The notes below the pieces were generated by a model, which made no database searches, was not told where the DNA came from, and saw nothing but the letters and a program-made list of their open reading frames with translations. DNA of 64,000 nt from assembly GCA_963817955.1 (NCBI GenBank), contig CAWFQK010000002.1:1-64000 (forward strand). Direction: 5' to 3'. This stretch comes from an uncultured Gemmatimonadaceae bacterium. GTDB lineage: Bacteria > Gemmatimonadota > Gemmatimonadetes > Gemmatimonadales > Gemmatimonadaceae. The translations under genes were made by a program, and so were the position numbers. The first letter of the stretch is position 1. The number at the start of each line of letters is the position of its first letter. Below are positions 10,020 through 19,263 of the stretch, one piece after another.

Positions 10020-10839
10020 TCACCACGAGTAGGTGATGCAATCTACCCCTGCCGCCGCCGCTTGGTCCGTTTTCGGCCGCGTTTGAGATTCGGCCACGTT
10101 GGTATGCACCTGACCGTCCACGTAGGCGACGGCATGGTTCACAGCGGCGTGCATAAGCCCCTGACGGCTCAGGCGGTTGTAGACAAGGTGTCGGTGTAGA
10201 CGCTGGCCCCCTGTTCGACGGCGGCGCGCACTTTGGCTTCCAGTTCGGACTTGCGGACGTTCATGAGAGTTTCGACGCGCACGGTCGAGTGCTTGCCGCG
10301 CGACTTCCGCTGCAACAGACCCAGCACGGCCATCTGGCCCTTCACGCTGGACCCCTTGTAGGCAGACGCATGCGCTTCGATTGGTGCATGTTGCTCGCCT
10401 TCCCGCCAACGTAAGTCTCGTCCGCTTCGATTGCGCCAGCGAACTTGGTCTCGAAGCTCTTGGTCCGCATGGCGAGGCGGATACGACCGAGCATGAACCA
10501 CGCGGTCTTCTGAGTCACGCCGAGCGAGCGGGCGACTTCGTAGGAACTGATGCCGTTCTTCGCGTTGGCGAGCAACCAGAGGCAAGGAATCCACTTGTCC
10601 AAGCCCAAGGGCGAATCCTCGAAGATCGTTCCCACTTTGACGCTGAACTGCTGACGACAGCCCCGGCACTTCCAGATGCGTCGGGTGGTCAGGTAGCTCG
10701 GCTTGTCCACGCCACAGCGGGGGCAGACGACGCCAGACGGCCAGCGCAACTGGACGACCAAGGAGAAGCTGACATCATAGTCCGCGAAGTAGCGGATGGC
10801 TTCGCTTAGGGTTTCGGGGGCAACGTGTTCCTTAAGCAT
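10020..10839 (-). pseudogene. IS1595-family transposase, frameshifted and apparently internally deleted
   Basis: Zn ribbon CPRC/CRGC, GTIFEDS, TQKTAWFM, EADETYVGG in one frame; VYTD in a second; VNH..AYV.GQVHTN in a third; the expected following ENFW..LKR segment is missing. Confidence 0.88.
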
Positions 10840-10939
10840 GGTGACAATTTACACGGGAAGGCTGGGTGTGGTAAGTATATTATTGACAAGAAACTGGTCC
10901 AAATCAGTGGTGTAAGTCGTGCCTGTCGTCTGCACTGAA

Positions 10940-11359
10940 CGCGGCTATCTCGGGTCAGGCGCGGCGCCCTGGCTGCCTTTCGCGGGAAAGAAGATCCGTG
11001 CGCGGCCGCTGACGGTGCCCGCGCGTCAAGCGGTTGCTCCGCGGCGGCGGGCACAAACCGCTGGTGGATGTATCGCACCCTGCGGCGGCTCGGTCCGTCT
11101 CCTGCGCGGCGTGCGAAAATGCTCCGCGGCAAGTGACATCAAGCCGCGGCACCCGGCAAAAATTGCCGCGGTGCCAGCCGCGGCAGGCGCGGCAAGCTGA
11201 TTCCGGGCCGCGGCACGCTGATTTCGGCCGCGGCACGCGGGATTTCAGCCCGCGCGACCTACGCGTGGGCCGCGCCAAGCACACGTCAGTATGCGTCGGG
11301 AACCACCCGACCGCGGCGTGCCCCCCCGCCTCCCGCGGCGCGGATTTTCCCTTCCGCGT
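10940..11359. repeat. Phased array of CGCGG-core motifs with ~20-21 nt period
   Basis: 14 exact in-phase CGCGG plus 7 near variants between 10940 and 11355; spacers differ in sequence. Confidence 0.75.
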
Positions 11360-11439
11360 TGTTGAAACTTCCGCCGCCGACAGGCCGTAACGGGCTCAGT
11401 TTGCTTCGCATCCATAACTCCCCCGAGCAGGAGTCGCCG

Positions 11440-12354
11440 ATGAACGGTCGTGATGCTGCGATTTACCGATCCCTTCTCCAGATCGTGCATTTCGTAAATG
11501 GACACGATTCGCTCCGCGAAAGGGCCGCCGAGTCGAATGCGCTGACGCTCCTTCAACAGCACATCGGCGAGATCCAGGAACTCGAGTCCCACCGGGCGGT
11601 CGCCAGCATGGCGACCCGCGGGATGACGGCACAGAAAGATGATCTGTACAGAATTCTCAGGGATCGATTGGACGCCATTCGCCATGCTGCGGACTTTGCG
11701 AGAATTAGCGAGCCGGGAATCCCACCCATGGAGCCACCCAGCCTCGACCTGGACGTCACCCGTTTCATTGCCGCTGCTCGCGGCATATCGATGACGGCTG
11801 CCGAGCATGAGGAGGCGCTCATTGCCGCCGGACTGCAACGCTCGATCATCGCCGACTGCGATCGTCTGGCTGACATCCTGCAGAAATTGTCGCTGAATCG
11901 GATCCGCGGGCGGGCCACACGGATGGCAGCAAATCAACAGATCCCTATCGTGCTCCGATCGTCGCGCGGCCTGGTCAAGCTGCTTCGCCGCCAACTGGAG
12001 CCGGTGATGACGCCAGAGATATTGGTCGAATGGCAACGCGCCATCGCGCTCGGCCGGACGCATCGGCCAAAGGCGCTCAAGGCGGGTGCCGTTTCCCTGC
12101 CTGCACCAGTCAATTTCCCGCGGCTCGCTGCGCCGCTACCGCAGCACAAGGCTCTTGCGCCATCAATGGCGTCGACAAAGCTCGGGATTGGACGCGTCGT
12201 GCAGCACATTGTGCTTCGCCTCGTCCATCCCATGGGTCACGAGCAGCAGCACGCGCCGGACGCCGAAGTCTCCGAAGTCTCCGATGTCTCCATAGAACAG
12301 ATCAAGCGGCTCCCCGCGTCAACCGCGCAACGCACCGGGACCGACGACGGGTGA
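11440..12354 (+). CDS. Hypothetical, probably alpha-helical protein with a low-complexity C-terminal tail
   Basis: AGGAG RBS before ATG 11440; amphipathic helical pattern; no catalytic motif recognised. Confidence 0.7.
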   Translation: MNGRDAAIYRSLLQIVHFVNGHDSLRERAAESNALTLLQQHIGEIQELESHRAVASMATRGMTAQKDDLYRILRDRLDAIRHAADFARISEPGIPPMEPPSLDLDVTRFIAAARGISMTAAEHEEALIAAGLQRSIIADCDRLADILQKLSLNRIRGRATRMAANQQIPIVLRSSRGLVKLLRRQLEPVMTPEILVEWQRAIALGRTHRPKALKAGAVSLPAPVNFPRLAAPLPQHKALAPSMASTKLGIGRVVQHIVLRLVHPMGHEQQHAPDAEVSEVSDVSIEQIKRLPASTAQRTGTDDG

Positions 12355-12396
12355 CGTGCCCCGACGCAGGCCCGTTCGTGCGCAGGCAATCTGTGA

Positions 12397-13032
12397 CTAC
12401 GCCACGTGCGAACGGCCTGCGTGCACACCGAGAATTTCGTCCGCCACCGCCTGCCGCTGGGCGCGATTCACCATGGTCGCGTCTGGATCGAATGCTTTCG
12501 CCGCAGTCTCTGATGCCAGCCTCGGCACATTGCTGGGGTCGATCATCGGGTTGAGTGCGATCGCGATCTGCGCGAGGCGCGTTTCGACCTCGGCGAGCAC
12601 CGACCCGGCATGAGCCAGCTGTTGGCTGGTAATGTCCTGGAACTGCATGGCGCCCATCAGTTGAAAGAGCTCGTCCCGCAGTGTGCCGCGCAGGGTGGTG
12701 GCACGAACCGCTCGCTCTCCCTCCACTTCGGCGCACTCGTCCAGTTGATCGATGATGCCCATCGAGCGATCCAACCCGTCGAGAATGTCGCTCGCCGCGA
12801 CTTGCGTCGTATTCGAGACCTCGAGCAGCTTGTCGTGCGTCCGACGGATCTTCTGCGTCGCGGTCTGTTCCACCGCGAGCCGGGTCCTCCGCACGTCGTC
12901 GAGCACCGTGAGCACGTGATCGTGCTCGCTGGCCAGCAGGCTCCGCAGCCCAGAGACGTCCGGGCGCGATCCCTCGGTCGGTGACGAGGCGTCGGACTGC
13001 GTCGCGGACTCTGGCGTGATGTCAGCGCTCAT
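12397..13032 (-). CDS. cheZ: CheZ-like chemotaxis phosphatase
   Basis: FQDITSQQL (D-x3-Q catalytic motif), C-terminal QAVADEIL CheY-binding-like helix, directly downstream of cheY. Confidence 0.75.
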   Translation of the reverse strand: MSADITPESATQSDASSPTEGSRPDVSGLRSLLASEHDHVLTVLDDVRRTRLAVEQTATQKIRRTHDKLLEVSNTTQVAASDILDGLDRSMGIIDQLDECAEVEGERAVRATTLRGTLRDELFQLMGAMQFQDITSQQLAHAGSVLAEVETRLAQIAIALNPMIDPSNVPRLASETAAKAFDPDATMVNRAQRQAVADEILGVHAGRSHVA

Positions 13033-13034
13033 CG

Positions 13035-13415
13035 TCAGGCCGCAGCCGTCTGTCGGCCGCCCATCACCCGGTCGATCTTCTCTTTCAAGATCTCCGGTGT
13101 GAACGGTTTGACGATGAAGTGATTGGCGCCGGCCTGAAGAACCGCCATGACGTCCTCCGACGAACTGCGAGTAGTGACCATGAGAATTCCCACCTGCGCG
13201 CCGTCTGGTCGTGATCTGATCGCTCGGACCAGCTCCAGCCCGGACATGTTGGGCATGTTCCAATCACTGATGATCAGGTCGATCGAGGAATCGAACTTCG
13301 TCAGGGCGACCAGTCCGTCCTCCGCCTCGACGCAATCCTTGTATCCGATTCGTGCGAGGGAGTTGACCAAGATGCGCCGCATGGTCGACGAGTCATCGAC
13401 GAGAAGAGTTTTCAT
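13035..13415 (-). CDS. cheY: CheY-like single-domain response regulator
   Basis: LLVDDSSTMRRI, SDWNMPNMSGLEL, ILMVT, IVKPFT. Confidence 0.88.
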   Translation of the reverse strand: MKTLLVDDSSTMRRILVNSLARIGYKDCVEAEDGLVALTKFDSSIDLIISDWNMPNMSGLELVRAIRSRPDGAQVGILMVTTRSSSEDVMAVLQAGANHFIVKPFTPEILKEKIDRVMGGRQTAAA

Positions 13416-13587
13416 GGCGGGTTCCGTACTGACCGAGTGTGAGTGTCCCGACCAGGCGGCGGGGGCCAATGCATCCGACACAGAGAATTATCGGTCGTGC
13501 CGGCCGCATTCTGAACTGGAGCGCTCGCGCCGTCCCACCGGCGCGAGCGTTGGGTGATCAATTGACCGAAACCGGTAACCTCGCCGG

Positions 13588-16371
13588 CTACGGTCGCGCG
13601 GCGCCGCCCAACTGTTTGAGCACCGCACCGAGCTGGTCGATCTCGTGACCGTACGTGGCCCAGTCACCAGCCCGCTGCGCGGTCATCGCACGGTCATAAT
13701 GCTGCTGCGCCTGATGCAACAAGGTCGTCGATGGCCCGCCGGCAGCGGTGGTGGCGGCCGGCACGCGCTGCCCGGCGATTGAATCCGCAGCGGCAAGCGT
13801 TCCGCGTGCCGGCGCCGTGCCGCCAAACAGTGCGGCCAGACCCTCCTCCAGCGTTTCGCCCATGACCACACGGTCTTCGTGCGCGACCACGACGCGCTTC
13901 AACTCGGGGATCGCCCCCCCTTCGGCGCGCAGATACAACGGCTGTACGTAGATCAGCGATTGCTTGATCGGAATCACGAGCAGCTCGCCACGAATCACGC
14001 TCGAGCCCTTCTGGTCCCAGAGCGTGAGTTGCTGTGAAATGTCCGTCTCTTGGTTGATGCGGTTCACGATCTGCTTCGGCCCATAGACGAGGCTCTGCTT
14101 CGGGAACCGGTACGCGACGAGTTTTCCGTAATTCGGACCATCCATGCGCGCCGCCATCCACGCCGCGAGGTTGTCCTTGCCCCGTGGGGTGAAAGGCGTC
14201 ATGTAAATGAACTCCGGATTCGTTTCACCGGGCAGGCGCAGAATGATGTGGCGCATGAAGGGCGTCACGCTGGTCGAGTCCTTCCCTATGCCGGGATACT
14301 GCCACTGATCCTCGCGATGATAGAACGCGTCGGGATCCACCATATGGTACGTGGCATACAACTCGGTCTGCTGACGAAACAGATCTCCCGGATACCGCAA
14401 GTGAGCGCGCAGGTCGGCCGGCATCGCGGTGAGAGGTTTGAATACCCCGCCGAAGATGGCCGCGTAGGTTCGCACCACCGGATCACCGGGGTCCGCGATG
14501 TAGGCGTCCACCGAACCATTGTACGCGTCGATCACGACCTTCACGCTGTTCCGCATGTAGTTCGTCCCGTCCTGCATCGGCTCCGAATACGGCCAATTCT
14601 CGCTGGACGTGTACGCGTCGAGAATCCACTTCAGCGTGCCGGAGTCGGTGACCACCAGATACGGCTCGGCATCGAACTTCAAGAACGGCAGTGCCGCTTG
14701 TGCGCGCTCCGCAATGTTGCGGCGATACATGATGCGGGCGTCGTGCGAGAGATAGGACGACAATACGATGTCCGTCGATCCGAACTGCCACGCATAGAGC
14801 GCGCGACGGAGGAACGAGCCAATGGGCACGCCGCCGCGACCGGTGTAATTCGTATAGACGTTCTTGTCGCCCGCCGGGTAGTCGAACTCCTTCTGACCGG
14901 TGCCGACGAAGACGTAGCTATTCGTCAGTTCGCCATAGTAGATCTGCGGCCGCGTGACCGTGAGCGACACGGTCGACACGGGCGGCAGGTCTTTGATGAA
15001 CAACACCGGTAGCCCTTCGGACGTGACCTGGTTCACGGGAGCCATCGTGATGCCCATACCGTGCGTGAACGTCAGGCGATCATTGATGAAGTTGCGCGTG
15101 GGGAGCGACGCCGTATTGAGCTCACGCGCCGACAAGTGCACTTGGCGATACTTGCCGTCGATCATGTATCGATCGTCGTTCACCGATACGAAGTCGTAGT
15201 ACGTTCGAATCTCCTGCAGTTGGCCCAACGTCTGCTTGAGGAGGTCGCGCTCCCAGAGGCGCACGTTGTCGATCGTCGGCGCATCGGCTCGAATATCCGC
15301 CATGGTGAGCTGCACGTCGCCCTCGAGGTCGCGCGTCGCGACGCTATCGAGTCGCCACGCCCGCCGCGTGGCCGCAATGTGCTGTTGGATATACGGCCGC
15401 TCGCGAGCCAGCTCGTTTGGCGCGATCACGAACTTCTGCTCGGCCACCGGCGCCAGCCCGCGAAAGACGATGCCGACGGCGGCATACATGACCACGGCGA
15501 GGAAGGCGAACCAGGGAAGCTTCTGGCGCGCCACGCCGTACAGCACGAGAACCGCCGCGAGCAGCGCCGCGGCGGTCGACAGGCGAATACCAGCCAGCAG
15601 CACATGCACGTCGGCGTAGCTCGCGCCCACCAGCGGCCCGGTCGTCGAATAGAGCAGCGCGGCGGAGTCGACCATCCACAATTGTGCGCCGAACACCAGG
15701 AAGAGCAACGCCAGCAGCGCACCGAGATGCCTCGCCGCCCGCGGCTCGACCGCGACGCGTCTGGGCGGGAGAACGATCGCGCCACGCATTCCGTACAGCG
15801 CCACCGCAGCCACGAGCGACAGCACCGTCAGGCCGGCGAGCGCGGTGAGTCCAGCGGAGATCGCGGGAAGCCTGAAGAGATAGAACCCAATGTCCCGCCC
15901 GAAGAGCGGATCGGCTTGGCCGACCGGAACGGCGTGCAGGGCCATGAGCACCGGCATCCATTGCGCCGACGCGATCAGCGCAAAGACGAACGCGATGAAC
16001 AACGCGGCGGCGAGCAGCAACCGCGGAACGAAGCGCGAGATGTCCACCCGCAAACCGCCGCCGCGATCGACGAAGAGCGCCGGGAATCCCGACGATCCCC
16101 GGCGGGCCCACTGGATGTTGCTATACAAGAACGCAAATGCCACGAGCCCCCCGACGACGAACAGCGTCGCGCGCGCGATGAGCGACCGCAGGAAGACGGA
16201 CTCGAAGTGGATTTCCTGGTACCAGAGCCAGTCGGTGGCGAACGTCGCGAGCCAGGGCAACACGACGATGGCGAAGAACCCTACGGCGAGAATGCCGAGG
16301 ACGATGCGGCGCAGAGGCGGGCTGATCACTGGGCCGCGATTCTGGCGGAAACCCACTGGCGGAAAGGTCAT
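13588..16371 (-). CDS. UPF0182 family membrane protein
   Basis: DWLWY, DPLFGRDIGFYLF, GASYADV, FTHGMG, PQIYYGE, NYMRNSVK, ELKRVVV; start uncertain (16371 or GTG 16329). Confidence 0.9.
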   Translation of the reverse strand: MTFPPVGFRQNRGPVISPPLRRIVLGILAVGFFAIVVLPWLATFATDWLWYQEIHFESVFLRSLIARATLFVVGGLVAFAFLYSNIQWARRGSSGFPALFVDRGGGLRVDISRFVPRLLLAAALFIAFVFALIASAQWMPVLMALHAVPVGQADPLFGRDIGFYLFRLPAISAGLTALAGLTVLSLVAAVALYGMRGAIVLPPRRVAVEPRAARHLGALLALLFLVFGAQLWMVDSAALLYSTTGPLVGASYADVHVLLAGIRLSTAAALLAAVLVLYGVARQKLPWFAFLAVVMYAAVGIVFRGLAPVAEQKFVIAPNELARERPYIQQHIAATRRAWRLDSVATRDLEGDVQLTMADIRADAPTIDNVRLWERDLLKQTLGQLQEIRTYYDFVSVNDDRYMIDGKYRQVHLSARELNTASLPTRNFINDRLTFTHGMGITMAPVNQVTSEGLPVLFIKDLPPVSTVSLTVTRPQIYYGELTNSYVFVGTGQKEFDYPAGDKNVYTNYTGRGGVPIGSFLRRALYAWQFGSTDIVLSSYLSHDARIMYRRNIAERAQAALPFLKFDAEPYLVVTDSGTLKWILDAYTSSENWPYSEPMQDGTNYMRNSVKVVIDAYNGSVDAYIADPGDPVVRTYAAIFGGVFKPLTAMPADLRAHLRYPGDLFRQQTELYATYHMVDPDAFYHREDQWQYPGIGKDSTSVTPFMRHIILRLPGETNPEFIYMTPFTPRGKDNLAAWMAARMDGPNYGKLVAYRFPKQSLVYGPKQIVNRINQETDISQQLTLWDQKGSSVIRGELLVIPIKQSLIYVQPLYLRAEGGAIPELKRVVVAHEDRVVMGETLEEGLAALFGGTAPARGTLAAADSIAGQRVPAATTAAGGPSTTLLHQAQQHYDRAMTAQRAGDWATYGHEIDQLGAVLKQLGGAARP

Positions 16372-16515
16372 AGTACCATGAACATGGCGCCTGACGAGGC
16401 GGCTTACTAGTGGAACGGTAAAGCGGCAGCAACGGTACAGCACCACTCTACCGCTTCGCGGCTTCCCCGCGTTATCCTCACTCTACCGTTCCACTCTTTC
16501 CGACCCGAGACCGAC

Positions 16516-18288
16516 GTGCCAACCTACACTGCCCCGCTGCGCGAAATGCGGTTTCTCCTCGAGGATGTCCTCCACGCGGGCGATCTGACCGCGCTGCCTG
16601 GCAACGAGGAGACCACGCTCGACCTCATGACCACCGTCCTCGAGGAAGGCGCGCACCTCTGTGAAGACCTCCTTGCCCCATTGAACCAAACGGGCGATGC
16701 CGAAGGCTGTCACTGGGAACACGGCTGCGTCACCACGCCGTCGGGTTTCCGGGATGCGTATCGCGCGTTCTGCGAGGCTGGGTGGCCCGCGTTGAGTGCC
16801 AGCCCAAAGTACGGCGGCCAGGGGTTACCACACCTGATGCAGCTCATGTTCGACGAAATGCTGTGTTCGGCGAATCTCTCGTTCAGCATGTATCCGCTTC
16901 TTGCGAACGGGGCCACGCACTCCCTCGATCACTGGGGTTCGGAGGATCTCAAGACGCGATTTCTCCCGGCCCTGGTTTCGGGCCGCTGGAGTGGCACGAT
17001 GTGCTTGACCGAGGCGCACGCGGGAACTGACCTCGGGATGATTCGGACGCGAGCGGTGCCCTGCCCCGACGGGAGCTACGAGATCACCGGGACCAAGATC
17101 TTCATTTCCGCCGGCGAGCACGATCTCGCCGAGAACATCATCCATCTCGTCTTGGCAAAGCTCCCGGATGCACCGCCCGGGACCAAGGGTATCAGCCTGT
17201 TTGTCGTGCCCAAATTGCGCGTGGCGCCGAACGGAGACTCGGGGACGCCGAACGGCGTGACCTGCGGCTCGATCGAGCACAAGATGGGCATCAAGGCCAA
17301 CGCCACGTGCGTCATCAACTTCGACGGTGCGCAGGGATGGTTGGTGGGCGAGCCACACAAGGGCATGCGCGGCATGTTCACGATGATGAATAGCGCTCGC
17401 CTCAGTGTTGGCATGCAGGGGCTGGGCTTGGCCGAAGTGGCATACCAGAACGCACTGGCGTATACACGGGAGCGCGTGCAGGGCCGAGCCCCGCGAGCAC
17501 CGCAAGACCCTTCGCACGATGCCGATCCGATCATCGTCCATCCGGACATCCGAAGGATGTTGATGACGATGAAAGCGTACATCGAGGGAATGCGCGCGTT
17601 GGCGTACTGGGTTGGCCTGCACATCGACGTCGAAGCCAAACACCCTGAGGCTGCGCGCCGCGAGGAAGCCGCGGACATCCTGGCGCTCATGACGCCGGTG
17701 ATCAAGGGGTTCTGTACCGACGTCGGCTTCGAGATCACAAACCTGGCCCTCCAGTGCTATGGCGGCCACGGCTACATCCGCGAGTTCGGCATGGAGCAGT
17801 TCGTCCGTGACGCGCGTATCGCGCAGATCTATGAAGGCACCAACGGCGTGCAGGCCATGGACCTGCTTGGGCGGAAGATCCCGGACGGCGATGGCCGGAT
17901 GGCGAAGCGCTTCTTTCAGATCGTGGAGCGCGACCTGGCCGCTGCCGCGTTGCAGCCAGCGTTGCAGGATCTCATCGCGCCCGTCGCCGCCGCGACGCAC
18001 GCGCTCCAGCGCGTGACCATGACCGTCATGGAACGCGCGCGCACAAACGTGGAGGAAGTGGGCGCTGCCGCGTCGGAATACTTGCGGCTGTTCGGCCTGG
18101 TGGCAACCGGATGGATGTGGGTGCGCCTCGCGAGCGCGGCGCTCGTGGCAAACGATGATCGCACACCGGCTCGGCTCACGACGGCCAAGTTCTACATCTC
18201 GCGGTTGCTCCCACAGACAACGAGTCTCGCTACCCAGATCGTCGCCGGCGCCGAGACCGTGATGGCCCTGACGCCGGAACAGTTCTGA
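16516..18288 (+). CDS. Acyl-CoA dehydrogenase (long, DmdC-like subfamily)
   Basis: GTMCLTE, GTKIFIS, EHKMGI, GGHGYI, IYEGTNG. Confidence 0.93.
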   Translation: MPTYTAPLREMRFLLEDVLHAGDLTALPGNEETTLDLMTTVLEEGAHLCEDLLAPLNQTGDAEGCHWEHGCVTTPSGFRDAYRAFCEAGWPALSASPKYGGQGLPHLMQLMFDEMLCSANLSFSMYPLLANGATHSLDHWGSEDLKTRFLPALVSGRWSGTMCLTEAHAGTDLGMIRTRAVPCPDGSYEITGTKIFISAGEHDLAENIIHLVLAKLPDAPPGTKGISLFVVPKLRVAPNGDSGTPNGVTCGSIEHKMGIKANATCVINFDGAQGWLVGEPHKGMRGMFTMMNSARLSVGMQGLGLAEVAYQNALAYTRERVQGRAPRAPQDPSHDADPIIVHPDIRRMLMTMKAYIEGMRALAYWVGLHIDVEAKHPEAARREEAADILALMTPVIKGFCTDVGFEITNLALQCYGGHGYIREFGMEQFVRDARIAQIYEGTNGVQAMDLLGRKIPDGDGRMAKRFFQIVERDLAAAALQPALQDLIAPVAAATHALQRVTMTVMERARTNVEEVGAAASEYLRLFGLVATGWMWVRLASAALVANDDRTPARLTTAKFYISRLLPQTTSLATQIVAGAETVMALTPEQF

Positions 18289-18303
18289 TTCTTTAGCGCT
18301 GCC

Positions 18304-19263
18304 TCACGATCCAATCCGCACCACGAGCGCATTCTCCACCACGACGGCCTCTCCCCCCTGAGCGGTAATCAGGCGGGAGGCAAGTATCATTGGCTCGGGG
18401 CTCACGGGCGCAATGCGGATGACAGCGCGCCCGCCCTCGCGGGCCGTGGAAATCGTCAGGGGCATGTCCTGACCTGAGGCCCCAGCCGCCGCCGTGACGA
18501 AGAGCGTCAACGCTTCTGCGAGCCGCGCGCGGTCTGCGACGACTCGTGGTAATCCCGGCTCGAGCGCAACCTCCGTCCGAGCGCCCTGTCGTTCCGCTGC
18601 AGCACGCGCCAACGGTAGCACAGAACGCACGACATCGTTGATCTGCACGAGCTCATGCTGAACTGGCATCGCCCCACGATCGATATCGGCAACCTGGCCG
18701 AGCCGCCGCAGCGCAACGTCGAACGCATCGGCAGCCGCGCGCGCGTCGCGCAGCAACTCTTCCTGATTTTCATTCAGCTCGCCGAACGGACTCTCGAGCA
18801 GTATCTGGAGCGGCAGACGAACCTCGTCGAGCTGGGCGATCGTGTCGCTCACGACACCGGCAAGCATCGTCGCCTGCTCCTGCAGGCGCGCTGACGACAT
18901 GGCGTCCGTCCGCGCACGCTCCGCCTCCGCCGCCGAGAGCGCAGTCCCGAGGTGACCGACGACCCGTTCGATGCGGTCGAATTCGTCGGTCTGCGCTGAG
19001 GCACCCGGCTCTTGATTCGAGGCGCGCGCCAGGCGCGCGATCCGTTCCGCGAAGTACACGGCGTTCGCCCAGGCGATGATCACGCTCCCAACAGTCAGCG
19101 CAGCCGACAGCCCAAGAATCAACCGCGGCGCAGAGCGGCCAATTTCTCCATAGTAGAACAGGCCGATAACCAGTCCGACGGCGAGCATGGCGGGCAACAC
19201 GCCCACGGCCAATCGCCAGGCGACCGATCGAGAGACGTGATGCTTGACGAACCTTGGCGTCAT
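18304..19263 (-). CDS. Degenerate histidine-kinase-like membrane protein (pseudokinase)
   Basis: 2 TM, HAMP-like region, HisKA-like LDEVRLPL..LLE...GEL...Q lacking His, ADRARL followed by no N or G boxes; ATGA overlap with the KdpD-N gene. Confidence 0.7.
   Translation of the reverse strand: MTPRFVKHHVSRSVAWRLAVGVLPAMLAVGLVIGLFYYGEIGRSAPRLILGLSAALTVGSVIIAWANAVYFAERIARLARASNQEPGASAQTDEFDRIERVVGHLGTALSAAEAERARTDAMSSARLQEQATMLAGVVSDTIAQLDEVRLPLQILLESPFGELNENQEELLRDARAAADAFDVALRRLGQVADIDRGAMPVQHELVQINDVVRSVLPLARAAAERQGARTEVALEPGLPRVVADRARLAEALTLFVTAAAGASGQDMPLTISTAREGGRAVIRIAPVSPEPMILASRLITAQGGEAVVVENALVVRIGS

Larger units (their letters stand above)
7311..10886 (-). mobile_element. IS1595-family element carrying passenger genes
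   Basis: 24-nt terminal inverted repeats (7311-7334 acactaatatactggactcaccca vs reverse complement of 10863-10886 tcaataatatacttaccacaccca, 18/24), flanking near-direct repeats caaaaaactg (7301-7310) and caagaaactg (10887-10896), IS1595 transposase remnant inside. Confidence 0.8.

Noticed and set aside
9066..10199. 377-aa plus-strand ORF
   Set aside because: Antisense shadow of the protease, DUF5678-like gene and transposase tail
10169..10409. Programmed frameshifting in the transposase
   Set aside because: Two shifts plus a missing catalytic segment and no slippery motif; decay or sequencing error is simpler
10940..11359. CRISPR array
   Set aside because: The conserved core is only 5-8 nt with a ~21-nt period, and no cas genes are present
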